This document shows, piece after piece, positions 9,768 through 20,387 of a stretch of DNA of 36,779 bases. The translations under genes were made by a program, and so were the position numbers. How positions within the stretch are numbered: position 1 is the first letter of the stretch; every line of letters starts with the position of its first letter. The notes beneath the pieces are model-generated. The model saw nothing but the letters and a program-made list of their open reading frames with translations. It was not told the origin of the DNA and did not search any database. The stretch is from a virus (lineage: Duplodnaviria; Caudoviricetes), in the IMG/VR virus record IMGVR_UViG_3300037310_000595, positions 1 to 36,779 of that record; one strand, written 5' to 3'.

Positions 9768-10089
9768 CCACCATTGGGATTTCAAAAACTGAATTGTAAA
9801 TGGTCAGCCTCAATGCCATTGCCCGTTCAATTTTCCTGTCCGCGCCTGCGCTTTCTCCTGAAATGCGAAGAATCGCATCGCACATTTCAAGCCACACCAG
9901 GTCTTGTTTTATCCAGAACTCGTAAGGGTGCGGAACAACCATGTGCCAGAAATGGGTTAGGTGCGGGATCAATGGATAGTGTCCCAGCCCTGCAATGTAA
10001 TCCCCTACGTGTATCGCCGTCCTTACGTTCATGGCTATGTCGCCTTTAGAGTACGGACCGGCCACGTAAATTCTCATAGGTCTTGACAC
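9739..10089 (-). CDS. Nucleoside 2-deoxyribosyltransferase-like protein, DUF4406/DUF1937-like (116 aa)
   Basis: IYVAGPY, PLIPH, DLVWLEMCDAI and GESAGA motifs; GAGGTG RBS. Confidence 0.75.
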   Translation of the reverse strand: MSRPMRIYVAGPYSKGDIAMNVRTAIHVGDYIAGLGHYPLIPHLTHFWHMVVPHPYEFWIKQDLVWLEMCDAILRISGESAGADRKIERAMALRLTIYNSVFEIPMVDDENHKALA

Positions 10090-10105
10090 GTTTCACCTCT
10101 CGCTT

Positions 10106-10203
10106 AAATAGAATGCGGGGCACGGCTTTTCAACCGTGCCCCGCGATTTCTCGTCTGTCAGGCGGACTGATATATCTATTTCGATATGTCAGTAATTATA
10201 CCT
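10106..10203 (-). promoter_or_regulatory. Promoter-leader-terminator element, copy 2
   Basis: Minus strand: TATAAT ... ATATC-agtccgcc-TGACAGAC-GAGAAATC-GCGGGGCACGG/CCGTGCCCCGC-ATTCTATTT. Confidence 0.7.
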
Positions 10204-13200
10204 TACTGAACAATCCCTTGCTGGTACAGCATGGCCGGCGCTACCTGACTGTCCAGCCACGTTTGAAGGTCGCCCATCGGCCGGCCTTCCCGTATCCACA
10301 TCTGTTCCAGTGCCTTGTATGCGCCCTCCGGCAAGTCCTCGCCGGTGTAGGCATAGTTCTGCACAAAGTATTCCAGCCCGTCCGGCCACTGTGAAGTATC
10401 TACGGTCTTGAATACCTGTCCCTTGAACACTGGCACAAGCTCGGGATAACGGTTGTAATAACCCTTTCTCCATTCGCGGAACTCTTTATACTGCGGGAAT
10501 CTCAAAAGGTATTCAGCCCGCTTGGATGGCGGCAGGGAGTAGTACCCCTGTTCCAGCATATAGTAATTCGGGTAAAGCTGCTTGCGCTCTTGGAAGAAGC
10601 GGTCAGTGATCGCGCTCACTTCCTGCGGGTAGAAGTTGATCTTCGGCGCCGATTGGATCGCGGACAGGGTTTCCTCGGTCTTGGGCAGCATCATGTTTAA
10701 CATCTGCGCCCAGGTGGTCAGGGTGTTCACGTCCAGCGTGTCATAACTTCTGGTCTCGGAATTCAAGAACGCCTGCTTGAACAGATCGCCCATTGCGGCG
10801 GTCGCCTGCTTGCGGTCGGTATCTCCGAGTGCCATATACCCATCCCATATCTGCCCGATCAGGAATGATTTAAGTCTCTCCTCGGGCGGCTTGCCTTTTG
10901 CAAGATAGGCTTCATATTCGGGGTGTTCCTCAAAGAATCGGTTTATGGCTTCGTCGTCGCCCGCGTCTTTCATTTTCCAGGCGGCATTCCATTCGTCTTT
11001 CAATCCTCTGAATTTCAATTCACCTTCAGGTAACAAGCCCGCTCCGAACAGGGAAGGCAGGAAGGCTTGCGCTCCCGCTGCTGGTCCTTCGTGCAAGCCG
11101 GCGTAGATCGTTCCCGCCAACGGCACGCGCATAGCAAGTTCCAATTCCACGCGCTGCTTTGCCTCGTCGAACAATTGACCTTGCCGCTCGATCATGGCGA
11201 TTTGTGCCTGCTCCGATGTAATCAAACCCTCGGCAACCATGTTCGCAAGCTGGCGGTCAATGTAGTAATCCCCGTACTCTCCCATCTGCGGAAGGTTCAG
11301 GGCGTCGCGTGCCATTTCCTCGGGCTTGGCAAGCAGTCCGAGAATGTCGCCCACAGGTTCGGCCCATGTTCCCTGTGTCACGGTATCCAATGCGCGGGCG
11401 GTCTTGGTGATGGGCAATTCGGTGATCTCATCGCCCTTGCCTGTTGCCAGTTTGTACGGCGTACTTAAGTACCAGGCCGGCCCAAAGGTTGCGGCCACAA
11501 AGTCCATCGGGTTTGAGATTTGCGCCTCTCTGCGGATTTTCGCCTCGGCAAGCGCCCGTTCCCATGTACTGCCGCTTCGGGTCTGCGCCGCTTCCTGTAT
11601 CTGCTCCTGTGACACGGTTCCATCCGCCGCCCATTCCTGCAAGATACGCTCAGCCTCGATGGTCTGCATGTTCTGGTCTTTGGTCATTTGCTCGATTGGA
11701 CGCAGGAAATTATGCGGGGTAAACAGCACAGATAACGGGTCAATGTAAACCGCGTCGCCCATCCAATCGGGCAACCACGGAGCTTCGATCCGCATCTTTC
11801 CGCGCAAACGTTCGGGCAGGTTGTTCTCGTATTGTTCCTGTTGCATTCGCAGGCGGGCATAATTCGATAACCACGCGGGGGTGTCAAGCGCACGCATCGC
11901 CCATGTCATCATGCTACGGGTGTAAAAGAATTGATACGGGAAGGCAATATCCAGCCACTTGTCAAACCCATACCGGCGGTTGTAATTCAGCATGGCGTAA
12001 TCGCGCTGGTTTGCACCCCATCGCAAGGCAGCCTGCTTGGTGCCGGCCATGTCCTGCTTTACTCCGTTCATGTACTGGCGTAACATCTTCTGCCCTTCCG
12101 GGCTTAGGTCGCGGTATGCTCCGTCCAGTTTGGGTTCGTTCAGCCGTTGGATTGCGATCTCCCGCATCCTGTTTAGCAGGGGTTGTACCTCGCTGCTCCA
12201 TCCTTCGTCCATCACCTCAGACTGCGGCATCCACCCGGCGGCTTCTTCGTATCCACCGAGGGGCATTCGCGGGTCGGCGTCTTGGAACAGAACATTCGGA
12301 CTCATGCCCTTCCGCACTTCACGGAAAGACAACTGCCCCAACTCTGTGCCCATGTCCTCATAAGCAGCGCGGATATCCGGGCGGAGTTGTTCGCCTGCTT
12401 CCAATGCCCGGCGTATCCCGTCCATGTACTTCTGTCGGGTGTCACCATACAACTCATAAGATGTGGTATTTCTGCTCAGCAGGGTTTCAGCCTTGCGGAG
12501 TTGTTCTTGTAAGCGGGCGCGTTCACCTGCAACCCACGCCTCGTCCCGTCCTTCAAGGGCTTTGAGTTCGTTCTGTATGCGGGCGCTGGTGGCTTCCGCC
12601 TTCACCTTCTGGTCAGCAAACAGGCTGGCGATGTATTCCTTCTCGGTCATCTGCCAGATCGGCGTACCTTTCTTCGGCGCAGTTACGTTCGCATCCGGGG
12701 TACTGCCGGCCGGCTTGTCCTTGTGTAAGGCTTTGACCTTCTGCTGGAAGTCCTTTGAGAGCACGGCGTCCACGTCCCGTCCCACTTGGCGCGGGTCAAC
12801 GCGGATGTTCAATTCAGGCCGGCGCTTGATGCTTCCGTCCACGTCAAGGTAGTTTGCTTTCGGGTCGTATCCCATCTGCAAGAGCATATCGCCCACGTCC
12901 ACCTTGCTTGTGCGCTCCCCAACCAGCAGGCGGTCGAATACTTCCTTCACCTGCGGGGTGAGTTCAACGTCAATCGGGCTGCCTGTGATGGCGCGGTATA
13001 TCTCGGTCATCCACTGTTTGAACTTCTGGAACACAGCACGCAGGCGGGGAGTGGGTGCGCTTCCATCGGCAAGGTACTTCTCGAATCCTCTGGCAAATTG
13101 TTCCTCTGCCTTTACCGTCCACTCGCCGTTCTTCACGCCCGCCCAATCCTCGATCACCTTCAGGTCTACCCCGGCCAGATCCCGGCGGAAGATGTGCCCA

Positions 13201-16200
13201 ACCTCATGTACCACGGTGGACACGTCGGCCTTCTCGAATGCGCGGATGATCGCCCGCCCGTCGTCAAGAAATTGCACCCCGCCTTTGGGTTGTGTCTTTA
13301 TTCCATCTGTGGGTGTGTCGGCTTGGTAGAACGTTTCCTTTATCTGGATCGCCGCATCGTCAAAGATGACGTAGTTGTAACTACCCTCGCCCTTTCCTCT
13401 GCTGCTTCCGTTAAGGTATTGGATGCCGTTGATCCCTGCTTCTTTTAGGGCAAGGCTGGCGGATTGGGGATCACTAGAAATGCTCTCGTAAATATCTTTC
13501 CCTGTCCCCTCTCTCCGAAGAGCATTTACTATGTCGTGAATATTATTGTGGTCAATACCTGGATCAAGTTCTTGAAGTCTTGCCCAGTCTTTATCATGTG
13601 TCCCATTAGTTAGGTTGACAGGATCATCGGCAAGCATTTTCTCGGCAATTGGTCGAGATTCGACGGATAAAGAGTTCAAATAAGCGGCACGCATATCTGC
13701 AAGTCTAGAAAAGTGAGTAGCGATTTCTTCGTCAATTTTCGCAAGCGCGTCCTTCACGGACTGCGGCTGCTCACTCAGCGACTTATCCCATAACAAATAA
13801 TTCTCGTCGGGGATGTCTACCTTGTAGAGTTGTCCATCATCTTTGATAACGTCAAACTTAGCCTTACCTACTTCACGTAGATATGCCTCTGCGAATGGAA
13901 CCGCCTCTTGATATTCTTCCCTGTAACTATTTACCTGATCCTCGATAATCTCCTTCATCTTGGCGCGGGCTTCGGGTGCGCCTCCTTTATCAAAGGCTTC
14001 CAGAATTTCCCATTCTTTTATGAGTAAATTTTCGCTAATAGTCGCACGCACTTCTTCGCGCAAACTATTATTGCGCGGTGAGTAATCAATATACTTTCCC
14101 GCGTTCATAAGTTCTATTGACCCGATGTGGTCCAATGTGAACTTATCAAACTTGTACGGGCTGCCGTGATACGCCTCCTGCGCCAAGTCAATTTCATCCC
14201 CAGCTTTTACCACATCCGCAATGCGGGTGCGATACCACTCATCCACGTTGCCGTAGGCATTCGCCCTTGCGTCTGTAATATCCATCACGGCGTTTGCCAT
14301 GTTGTCATCCAGGCCGAATACATCCGTCAGGGTTTCGCGGAATCGCTGGCGGGTCATGGCGGTTTCGCCGCTGGCCTGTTGTTCCTTTACGGCTTGTTCT
14401 GCGCGGACTTGATTCTCCGCAATCGAGATCGCTTCTTCGCTTTCCTTCAGGCGCGCGGATACCTCCGACAAAACGCGGTCTGAATATTCGCGGTATGTCT
14501 CTGCAACTGTGGCGGGCTGGTCCAGCACGTCATCGGGCAGCTCGTCGATCAGGCTTTCGATCCGTACCTTGTCGCTGTTCTCGAATGCATCCAGCATATC
14601 TCCAACCCAGCGGCCTTCGTCAAAGGCGGTAATCTCGCCCAACGCGCCCTCATAATTCGGGGTCGTGTCCCAGGCTTCGCGGGTCAGTTCGTCTACTGTA
14701 AAGTCAGTCCGCATGGTTTCGTTGAAGTTATCGGCTGCGTTCTGAAGTACCGCCTCGTCCGCTCCCAATGCTTTCAAAACATTCAGGTTGGGCGGGTTGT
14801 TGGTTTCACTGTCGCCATACTTCAGCGTCATCAGCAGGAATTCCTTGACGCGCTCCACCACCTTGCCCTTGTCCAGGCCGGCATCCTTCACGATCTTATC
14901 CAGTGCTTTTACAAGGCTGGCTTTCCCGTGTGTGCTTTGTTGCAGGTCGTTGTACCATTTCGGATAGGTGCTTGCGGCCGCGCCGATAAAACCGCTTTCA
15001 TCGAACAAGCGCCGGCCTGCTTCGCCACCCGCAATTACATCCGATATTCTTTGCGCCTCCATAAGCAGGGCGTCGGATAAAACGGGGGGAAGTTCAGATC
15101 GCGGCTTGCTGATAAATTCCTGCTGCACTCGGTTCAAGGCGTTGCCAATTGCCACTTCTTCCTGCTGCGCCTTGATCTGCGCTTTGGCTTCTTCACGCTT
15201 CTGCAAAACAGACTGGACATATTCAGGGGTCAGGCGCGGGTCATCGTAGCTCGTAACCTCAAAGTCGCCATACTTATTGAGCGACGATATGAGTTTGAAC
15301 TTGTCCCGCGCGGTGTAACCGAAGGGTTCGGCGGTATCCCATACGCGCTGAACGTGGTCGCGGGCGGCCTGTTCTCTGGCCTCCGCCTGTTGTCGTAACG
15401 TCTCGCGCTCGTCGATTCGTGCGGGTCCAGCGCCGCCCGGCGGGGTATCCTGCGGTTCTGTGGGGGTGGGAGCTGCGTCGCCTCCGTTTTTCCCGCGTGC
15501 AATACGATCCAGGCGGGCGATGGCTTCCTGCTTGATGCGTGACATTTCCACGATCATGTACTTGTAGGTCTTGCCCCAAAATTCCTTTGATGCAATCTGG
15601 CGTTCTGCGGCGGGCATTCCTTCGAGTAATTTTCGGAAGTCGTCACGCCGCTTGACCATCTCCTGACGGAAGGCGGTAATCTGATCCCACGCCTGGCGTG
15701 CGGCCTCGCCTGCTTCCACTCCGAACAATTCCTTGTATTGGTCGGCAAGCAGGTCGCCCATCTTCTTCAGGTTGTCCACTTCGCGGGCGGTCGCATCCTT
15801 CCAGACCTTATCAATCTGCGTCTCGATCTGGTTGCGTTCTATCTTTTGACGCGGGTTGTTCCAGTCTCCGTTCCACTGTTGGAAGTGCTTGTCCCGCAGG
15901 TCGCGCATGGTGCGGTACGCCTTGTCAATTGTGGCGTCTGTGTCTGCAATAGCGGCAAGCCACCCACGGCCTGAAGGGTTGGTATCCAGTCCAACGGCTT
16001 TAAGCACGCCGATATACGTTGCTCCCCGCTGGGCGGCGTATCTGCGGTAGCTTGCCATGTCCTCGGCGTATGCCATGCTCCACACTTTCGAGCGGGTCAC
16101 GGGGTTGGGCATGGAGTCCATCGCCTCGGCCACGTTGCCCATGTTCTCGTAGTGTTTCATCCACTGTTCGATACCCTGCATTTCGGTATCCAGAACAATG

Positions 16201-19200
16201 TCGGTAAATGCCTTTGTTCCTTCCACTTTCAAGCGGTTGGCGATGTGTTCGGCTTTGGCAATGGCATCCCGGCCGGCTTGTGCGTCGATGGCGTCCTGTG
16301 AAGTTCGGCGGGCGCGTTCAAATGCGGAAGCAATCTGGCCTTCTGTGCGTGCGCCCTTCAAGTGTGAGTCAAGAGCATCCAGCACACCGATCTGTTCGAG
16401 CATGACAGCGGCTTTGGATGCGGGCATGTTTAGGTCTTGCGCGGCTTGGTTGACCAGGCTTCGGCTTTTCACGTCCGCGCTTCTGCCTGCGACAATCGCG
16501 TCCAATTCCTGCTTGCTCATTCCCGCTTCGATGGCTGAATACAAAATCTCTGCGGCACGCGGCCCAACGGTGCGGGTAAGTTCCGCCTGTAACCCTTTCG
16601 GAATTTCGCGGAAGCCTTTGCCTCGTATCCAGGATTCACCCCACATTTTTTTGATACCGATGATGAATGCCTGCTTGCCTTCGTACCCTTCCAGCACGCG
16701 GGAAAGTTTATTGAACGGCATGGCTCTGCCAACTTTCCCGATGGCGTTTTCCACATTGGTAAGCCAGCCCTTGCCCTGTGTCGCCTGACGGATTAAGTCG
16801 GGGCTTCCCGTTCCTCTGCCTGTGCTTTGCTCGGTCAGGCCGGCCGGTCCAACGCCCTCATCCAGTCTGTTCGGTTGGAATCCCGCATCCACATCGAACC
16901 CCATGCGGCTCATGAATGTATCAATGGAGTGCGGGGTCATGTACCCGTACACGCCGGAAGCTGCGCGAGTAACCATCGTGGGGAGCACGTTCGAGATCAT
17001 GTATCCCGGGTTGGCCCCAAGCAAGAGGATGGACTGCGCCGATTTCATCACATGAGAAACGCGGAATAAGGTCTTGCGGCTTTCCTCGTCCAACTTGAAA
17101 TTATTTACGGCCCACTCGTCATAATGGGTCTTGATCGCGTCCAGTGTCATAGCAAACCATTGGCCGGGGTGGAAGGGAATACTGCCGTCGCCAAATGCTT
17201 TCACCGCTTCGGCAAGGTGCGCTTCCGTAAACCGCCCCGCTTCGATGTCTGCCAGTAAAGCCTTCGCCTCGGGGGTGCCGGCCTTCTGTAATCTCTCCTG
17301 AATGCGTGCGAAGTCCTCGGGCGCCGTGCCTCGCTTGTGCAGGTCGTCTATCAATGTCATCGGGTTTTCCCCGAGAATATCCGCGAGACGCGCCACGTCC
17401 TGCCTGCGGGCGTCCGACACTTCCCATGCCGATACCAGCCCGTCAATGTTGAAGTCTTTGGCGGCGGGAAGGACGGTGTAAAACTCCGGCGAATTCGCCA
17501 ATGCTGCCGAAAGGTCAGCGCTCTGTTTCATATCGCCGTTGCTGAATGCCTTCCACCAGGTAGAGAATCCCTTTACATCGGTGCCCTGAAAGTATGACGA
17601 CATCACCCCGCCCAGGTTGCGAAGTAGTAAATCCTGCCCCACTCGCGCCCGGCTTTGCGGGTCGAGCGTCGTCATGTGCTGCACAAACCCCATAAGGTTC
17701 TTCTTCGGCTTCTGATAACTGAGCAGGTCGCCCGCGCTGCTGAACAGGCCGGCCTTGATCTTCCCGTCGCTGGTCAACCCGGCCACGGTTCTTTCCAGCC
17801 ATCCCAATTCATTCACCTTGAAGTTCGGGTCGATCTTGATCGCCTCGCCCGGTGAATTGATGATGTTCTGGTATCTACGCGCGGCTTCGGTCAATCCGCC
17901 GGCCTGACTGAAGGCTTCCGCTGCAACCTTATTCCCGGACACTTCCGCGATGGTTCCGCCGATACGCGCCGATGTTTTCCCTGCGATATTCAGCGGGTCG
18001 GCAATCGCCTGGCCGGCCATGTCGCTGATTTGCCCGATTACCCCGGTCTGCATCTCTGTCATAACAACGCGGTAATCTTCTCCATTGTTGATGCGGTCGC
18101 GGGCTTCCGCCAATCGTTCGTAAATAGTCTGGTCTATAACGACTGACTGATCGGAGCCGATATATATTTCCTTCCCCTTGTATTTCTCTGGGTTCCATAT
18201 CATGTCCCCCAAGAGAAAAGAAAATTTCAAGCCGGTCTCTTGAATAGTGTCAGATGTTGAGCGTGCATCTTCCCACACCTCTTTTATCGCCGGTCCAAGT
18301 ACTTCAAATGTGGACGCGCCCGCATCCCATGAAAGGTTGCGCTTGTTCGGGTCGAAGGTTGGGTCATTGCCCGTAAGAATACCTGCAATCTGCACCCCCA
18401 TACCTACGGTTTTTTCGGCCTGTTCCGCAAACCAGTTCATTAAACCAAAACCGCCGGCAACAAGATTATCTTGCTTCCAAAATTCCTTCGTCTGGTCATA
18501 GCCTGATTTCGCTGCACCCCAACCGAGAATCCCACCCACCACGGCTCCGCCCGGGTTTCCAAGCCCAAGTACCAAGCCTTGCGTCGCGCCCATCATGGCC
18601 GGGTTGGATGATACCGAATAGTACACACGCTGCCAGGCCGGCAACGCATCCCAATTGAAGCTCGGGTCCGCAAGGATTTGCTGTTGCATCCAATACGGAT
18701 ACTTGGTGATCTCTCCGTGGTAGAAGTTCGGGTCAGAGAGGATGGCTTGCCGTTCTTCCGGGCTGATGTCTGTCCAGTTGGCTTCACCGCGCAGGGCGTG
18801 TTCGTTGCTTGCAAATACAGTCGCAGCGTTTCCGCCGGCCTGTGGCCCCTGAATGGATGCGAGAAAATCCATGCCGGGATCTGTCGGGTCAAGGTATTTC
18901 CACTCCGTCCACGGTTTGTCACCGTTGCGGAATTTAAACCAGTCATACGCCTGTTTGATCTGTTCCTGCTGGGATGCAAGCCACGGCGGAAGCTGGTCTA
19001 CGGGTGTGGTTTGAAGCTGTTGGTATGCGCGGGCGATTGCGTTTGGGTCTTGCCCAAAGGTCGGTTCATACGGAAGATTGGGCATTCTGTTTATGGGCGT
19101 GCTGGGCGATCCAAAACCACGCGAAGGCGTGTTGGTAGACGGCGGCTCTTGTGGTTGAGTAAACGTTTGGGGTCTGGCCTGTCCACCCTGCGGGATGGTT

Positions 19201-19442
19201 CCGCCTTGAACCCGCCCCCATTTGCGCGGGGGTTGTGGTCCGCCTTGTTGCGGTTGTCCCTGTGGATTCTGTGTAGGCTGTCCACCGCTGGGCCGGCCTG
19301 CATACGTCTGACTGAACCATCCCTCATTAACGTTAATACCAGCGTTTTGATAACGCTGTTGTATTTGTTCTCGCGTCAAATCTTTGGTCTGGTAATTCAG
19401 CAGGCCGGCGCGTTCAAGAGCCTTGTCTTGTTGTCTACCCAT
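10203..19442 (-). CDS. Giant polyvalent/ejection protein with ART-like and zincin metallopeptidase-like domains (3079 aa)
   Basis: AYHGSP..FDKF, GQLYKVDIP and GIQY...NYVIFDD (ART-type module of polyvalent proteins); HEVGH plus EEQFARGFE (zincin). Located between the portal and capsid genes. Confidence 0.8.
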   Translation of the reverse strand: MGRQQDKALERAGLLNYQTKDLTREQIQQRYQNAGINVNEGWFSQTYAGRPSGGQPTQNPQGQPQQGGPQPPRKWGRVQGGTIPQGGQARPQTFTQPQEPPSTNTPSRGFGSPSTPINRMPNLPYEPTFGQDPNAIARAYQQLQTTPVDQLPPWLASQQEQIKQAYDWFKFRNGDKPWTEWKYLDPTDPGMDFLASIQGPQAGGNAATVFASNEHALRGEANWTDISPEERQAILSDPNFYHGEITKYPYWMQQQILADPSFNWDALPAWQRVYYSVSSNPAMMGATQGLVLGLGNPGGAVVGGILGWGAAKSGYDQTKEFWKQDNLVAGGFGLMNWFAEQAEKTVGMGVQIAGILTGNDPTFDPNKRNLSWDAGASTFEVLGPAIKEVWEDARSTSDTIQETGLKFSFLLGDMIWNPEKYKGKEIYIGSDQSVVIDQTIYERLAEARDRINNGEDYRVVMTEMQTGVIGQISDMAGQAIADPLNIAGKTSARIGGTIAEVSGNKVAAEAFSQAGGLTEAARRYQNIINSPGEAIKIDPNFKVNELGWLERTVAGLTSDGKIKAGLFSSAGDLLSYQKPKKNLMGFVQHMTTLDPQSRARVGQDLLLRNLGGVMSSYFQGTDVKGFSTWWKAFSNGDMKQSADLSAALANSPEFYTVLPAAKDFNIDGLVSAWEVSDARRQDVARLADILGENPMTLIDDLHKRGTAPEDFARIQERLQKAGTPEAKALLADIEAGRFTEAHLAEAVKAFGDGSIPFHPGQWFAMTLDAIKTHYDEWAVNNFKLDEESRKTLFRVSHVMKSAQSILLLGANPGYMISNVLPTMVTRAASGVYGYMTPHSIDTFMSRMGFDVDAGFQPNRLDEGVGPAGLTEQSTGRGTGSPDLIRQATQGKGWLTNVENAIGKVGRAMPFNKLSRVLEGYEGKQAFIIGIKKMWGESWIRGKGFREIPKGLQAELTRTVGPRAAEILYSAIEAGMSKQELDAIVAGRSADVKSRSLVNQAAQDLNMPASKAAVMLEQIGVLDALDSHLKGARTEGQIASAFERARRTSQDAIDAQAGRDAIAKAEHIANRLKVEGTKAFTDIVLDTEMQGIEQWMKHYENMGNVAEAMDSMPNPVTRSKVWSMAYAEDMASYRRYAAQRGATYIGVLKAVGLDTNPSGRGWLAAIADTDATIDKAYRTMRDLRDKHFQQWNGDWNNPRQKIERNQIETQIDKVWKDATAREVDNLKKMGDLLADQYKELFGVEAGEAARQAWDQITAFRQEMVKRRDDFRKLLEGMPAAERQIASKEFWGKTYKYMIVEMSRIKQEAIARLDRIARGKNGGDAAPTPTEPQDTPPGGAGPARIDERETLRQQAEAREQAARDHVQRVWDTAEPFGYTARDKFKLISSLNKYGDFEVTSYDDPRLTPEYVQSVLQKREEAKAQIKAQQEEVAIGNALNRVQQEFISKPRSELPPVLSDALLMEAQRISDVIAGGEAGRRLFDESGFIGAAASTYPKWYNDLQQSTHGKASLVKALDKIVKDAGLDKGKVVERVKEFLLMTLKYGDSETNNPPNLNVLKALGADEAVLQNAADNFNETMRTDFTVDELTREAWDTTPNYEGALGEITAFDEGRWVGDMLDAFENSDKVRIESLIDELPDDVLDQPATVAETYREYSDRVLSEVSARLKESEEAISIAENQVRAEQAVKEQQASGETAMTRQRFRETLTDVFGLDDNMANAVMDITDARANAYGNVDEWYRTRIADVVKAGDEIDLAQEAYHGSPYKFDKFTLDHIGSIELMNAGKYIDYSPRNNSLREEVRATISENLLIKEWEILEAFDKGGAPEARAKMKEIIEDQVNSYREEYQEAVPFAEAYLREVGKAKFDVIKDDGQLYKVDIPDENYLLWDKSLSEQPQSVKDALAKIDEEIATHFSRLADMRAAYLNSLSVESRPIAEKMLADDPVNLTNGTHDKDWARLQELDPGIDHNNIHDIVNALRREGTGKDIYESISSDPQSASLALKEAGINGIQYLNGSSRGKGEGSYNYVIFDDAAIQIKETFYQADTPTDGIKTQPKGGVQFLDDGRAIIRAFEKADVSTVVHEVGHIFRRDLAGVDLKVIEDWAGVKNGEWTVKAEEQFARGFEKYLADGSAPTPRLRAVFQKFKQWMTEIYRAITGSPIDVELTPQVKEVFDRLLVGERTSKVDVGDMLLQMGYDPKANYLDVDGSIKRRPELNIRVDPRQVGRDVDAVLSKDFQQKVKALHKDKPAGSTPDANVTAPKKGTPIWQMTEKEYIASLFADQKVKAEATSARIQNELKALEGRDEAWVAGERARLQEQLRKAETLLSRNTTSYELYGDTRQKYMDGIRRALEAGEQLRPDIRAAYEDMGTELGQLSFREVRKGMSPNVLFQDADPRMPLGGYEEAAGWMPQSEVMDEGWSSEVQPLLNRMREIAIQRLNEPKLDGAYRDLSPEGQKMLRQYMNGVKQDMAGTKQAALRWGANQRDYAMLNYNRRYGFDKWLDIAFPYQFFYTRSMMTWAMRALDTPAWLSNYARLRMQQEQYENNLPERLRGKMRIEAPWLPDWMGDAVYIDPLSVLFTPHNFLRPIEQMTKDQNMQTIEAERILQEWAADGTVSQEQIQEAAQTRSGSTWERALAEAKIRREAQISNPMDFVAATFGPAWYLSTPYKLATGKGDEITELPITKTARALDTVTQGTWAEPVGDILGLLAKPEEMARDALNLPQMGEYGDYYIDRQLANMVAEGLITSEQAQIAMIERQGQLFDEAKQRVELELAMRVPLAGTIYAGLHEGPAAGAQAFLPSLFGAGLLPEGELKFRGLKDEWNAAWKMKDAGDDEAINRFFEEHPEYEAYLAKGKPPEERLKSFLIGQIWDGYMALGDTDRKQATAAMGDLFKQAFLNSETRSYDTLDVNTLTTWAQMLNMMLPKTEETLSAIQSAPKINFYPQEVSAITDRFFQERKQLYPNYYMLEQGYYSLPPSKRAEYLLRFPQYKEFREWRKGYYNRYPELVPVFKGQVFKTVDTSQWPDGLEYFVQNYAYTGEDLPEGAYKALEQMWIREGRPMGDLQTWLDSQVAPAMLYQQGIVQ

Positions 19443-19453
19443 GTATCACCTAT

Positions 19454-20176
19454 CTATCCGCGATAGTTCCAGTTCACCAAGTTCAAATACCAGGCGGGAA
19501 GCTGGGAGTAATTTGAATACCCATTTCCACCACCGCCCTGCCAGTTACCGCCGTATCCAGTACCGAATCCACCGCCGCCACCGTCGGCCATCGGGTCAAG
19601 CATTCCGTTGTAACCGTACATATCTCGCATCATTTTGAATGGGCTGAATTTCATTTCTTTCCCGATGGATGGGGTGCCAGTATTGCCGCTTCCGATTCCT
19701 TCTTGCGTAATCTCGCCCGTCGGGACGTTCACACCGATGGAATTCGGAATAAACCCGCCGCCTGCGCCGCCTGTACGCTGCAAAGGACTCCAACGCAGAG
19801 GATCATTGACCTGCCATGCGGGGGTATTCATCGCGCCGCCAAGTCCACCAGCCCATCGGGGATCAGGCCATCGCAGTCTTGTGCCACGGCTCGGGCGTTC
19901 AATTTGATCAGTGACAACGTTCATTCCGATGCTGGGTCCGCCGCCAACACCGCCGCCTACCTGTCCAAATGCGGGGGTCGTCGGCGGGGGTGGGTTGTAC
20001 CTTCGGCCTGTATCCTGGCTTCCTGTACTCCTTCCGCCTGTGCTTCGACCACCTCCACCGCTGCCCCTACTTGCCCATGCGGGTACTGTTTGTTTCTCTC
20101 TTGCTTGTGCCATTGTTACCTCCGTGCTCATAAAGAGCATTGAAAAAATGATGAGTGTCAGGAAAATCCTTTTCAC
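19454..20176 (-). CDS. Gly-rich protein with signal-peptide-like N-terminus, possible ejection protein (240 aa)
   Basis: N-terminus MKRIFLTLIIFSMLFMSTEVTMAQA; Gly/Pro low-complexity body; GTGA overlap with the upstream gene. Confidence 0.55.
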   Translation of the reverse strand: MKRIFLTLIIFSMLFMSTEVTMAQAREKQTVPAWASRGSGGGGRSTGGRSTGSQDTGRRYNPPPPTTPAFGQVGGGVGGGPSIGMNVVTDQIERPSRGTRLRWPDPRWAGGLGGAMNTPAWQVNDPLRWSPLQRTGGAGGGFIPNSIGVNVPTGEITQEGIGSGNTGTPSIGKEMKFSPFKMMRDMYGYNGMLDPMADGGGGGFGTGYGGNWQGGGGNGYSNYSQLPAWYLNLVNWNYRG

Positions 20177-20385
20177 TTCCGACCGATTCCTTCCATGAGT
20201 GCCGCGTATTCCCGCGGTCTCTCCTGTTTGAATTGTTCTTTCATCTCGTCAGGCATGGATACCCACACCTTTTTGATCTCGGACTTGATTTCTTCTTGCA
20301 TAAATTCTTCCATTACTTCGCGGTACACCTCCATTACTTCGGCTTCTGCCGCAAGTTTCGCATCCTGAATGTCTATGATGGTCAT
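20173..20385 (-). CDS. Hypothetical acidic helical protein (70 aa)
   Basis: Tightly packed between the portal gene and the next gene. Confidence 0.7.
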   Translation of the reverse strand: MTIIDIQDAKLAAEAEVMEVYREVMEEFMQEEIKSEIKKVWVSMPDEMKEQFKQERPREYAALMEGIGRK

Positions 20386-20387
20386 AC

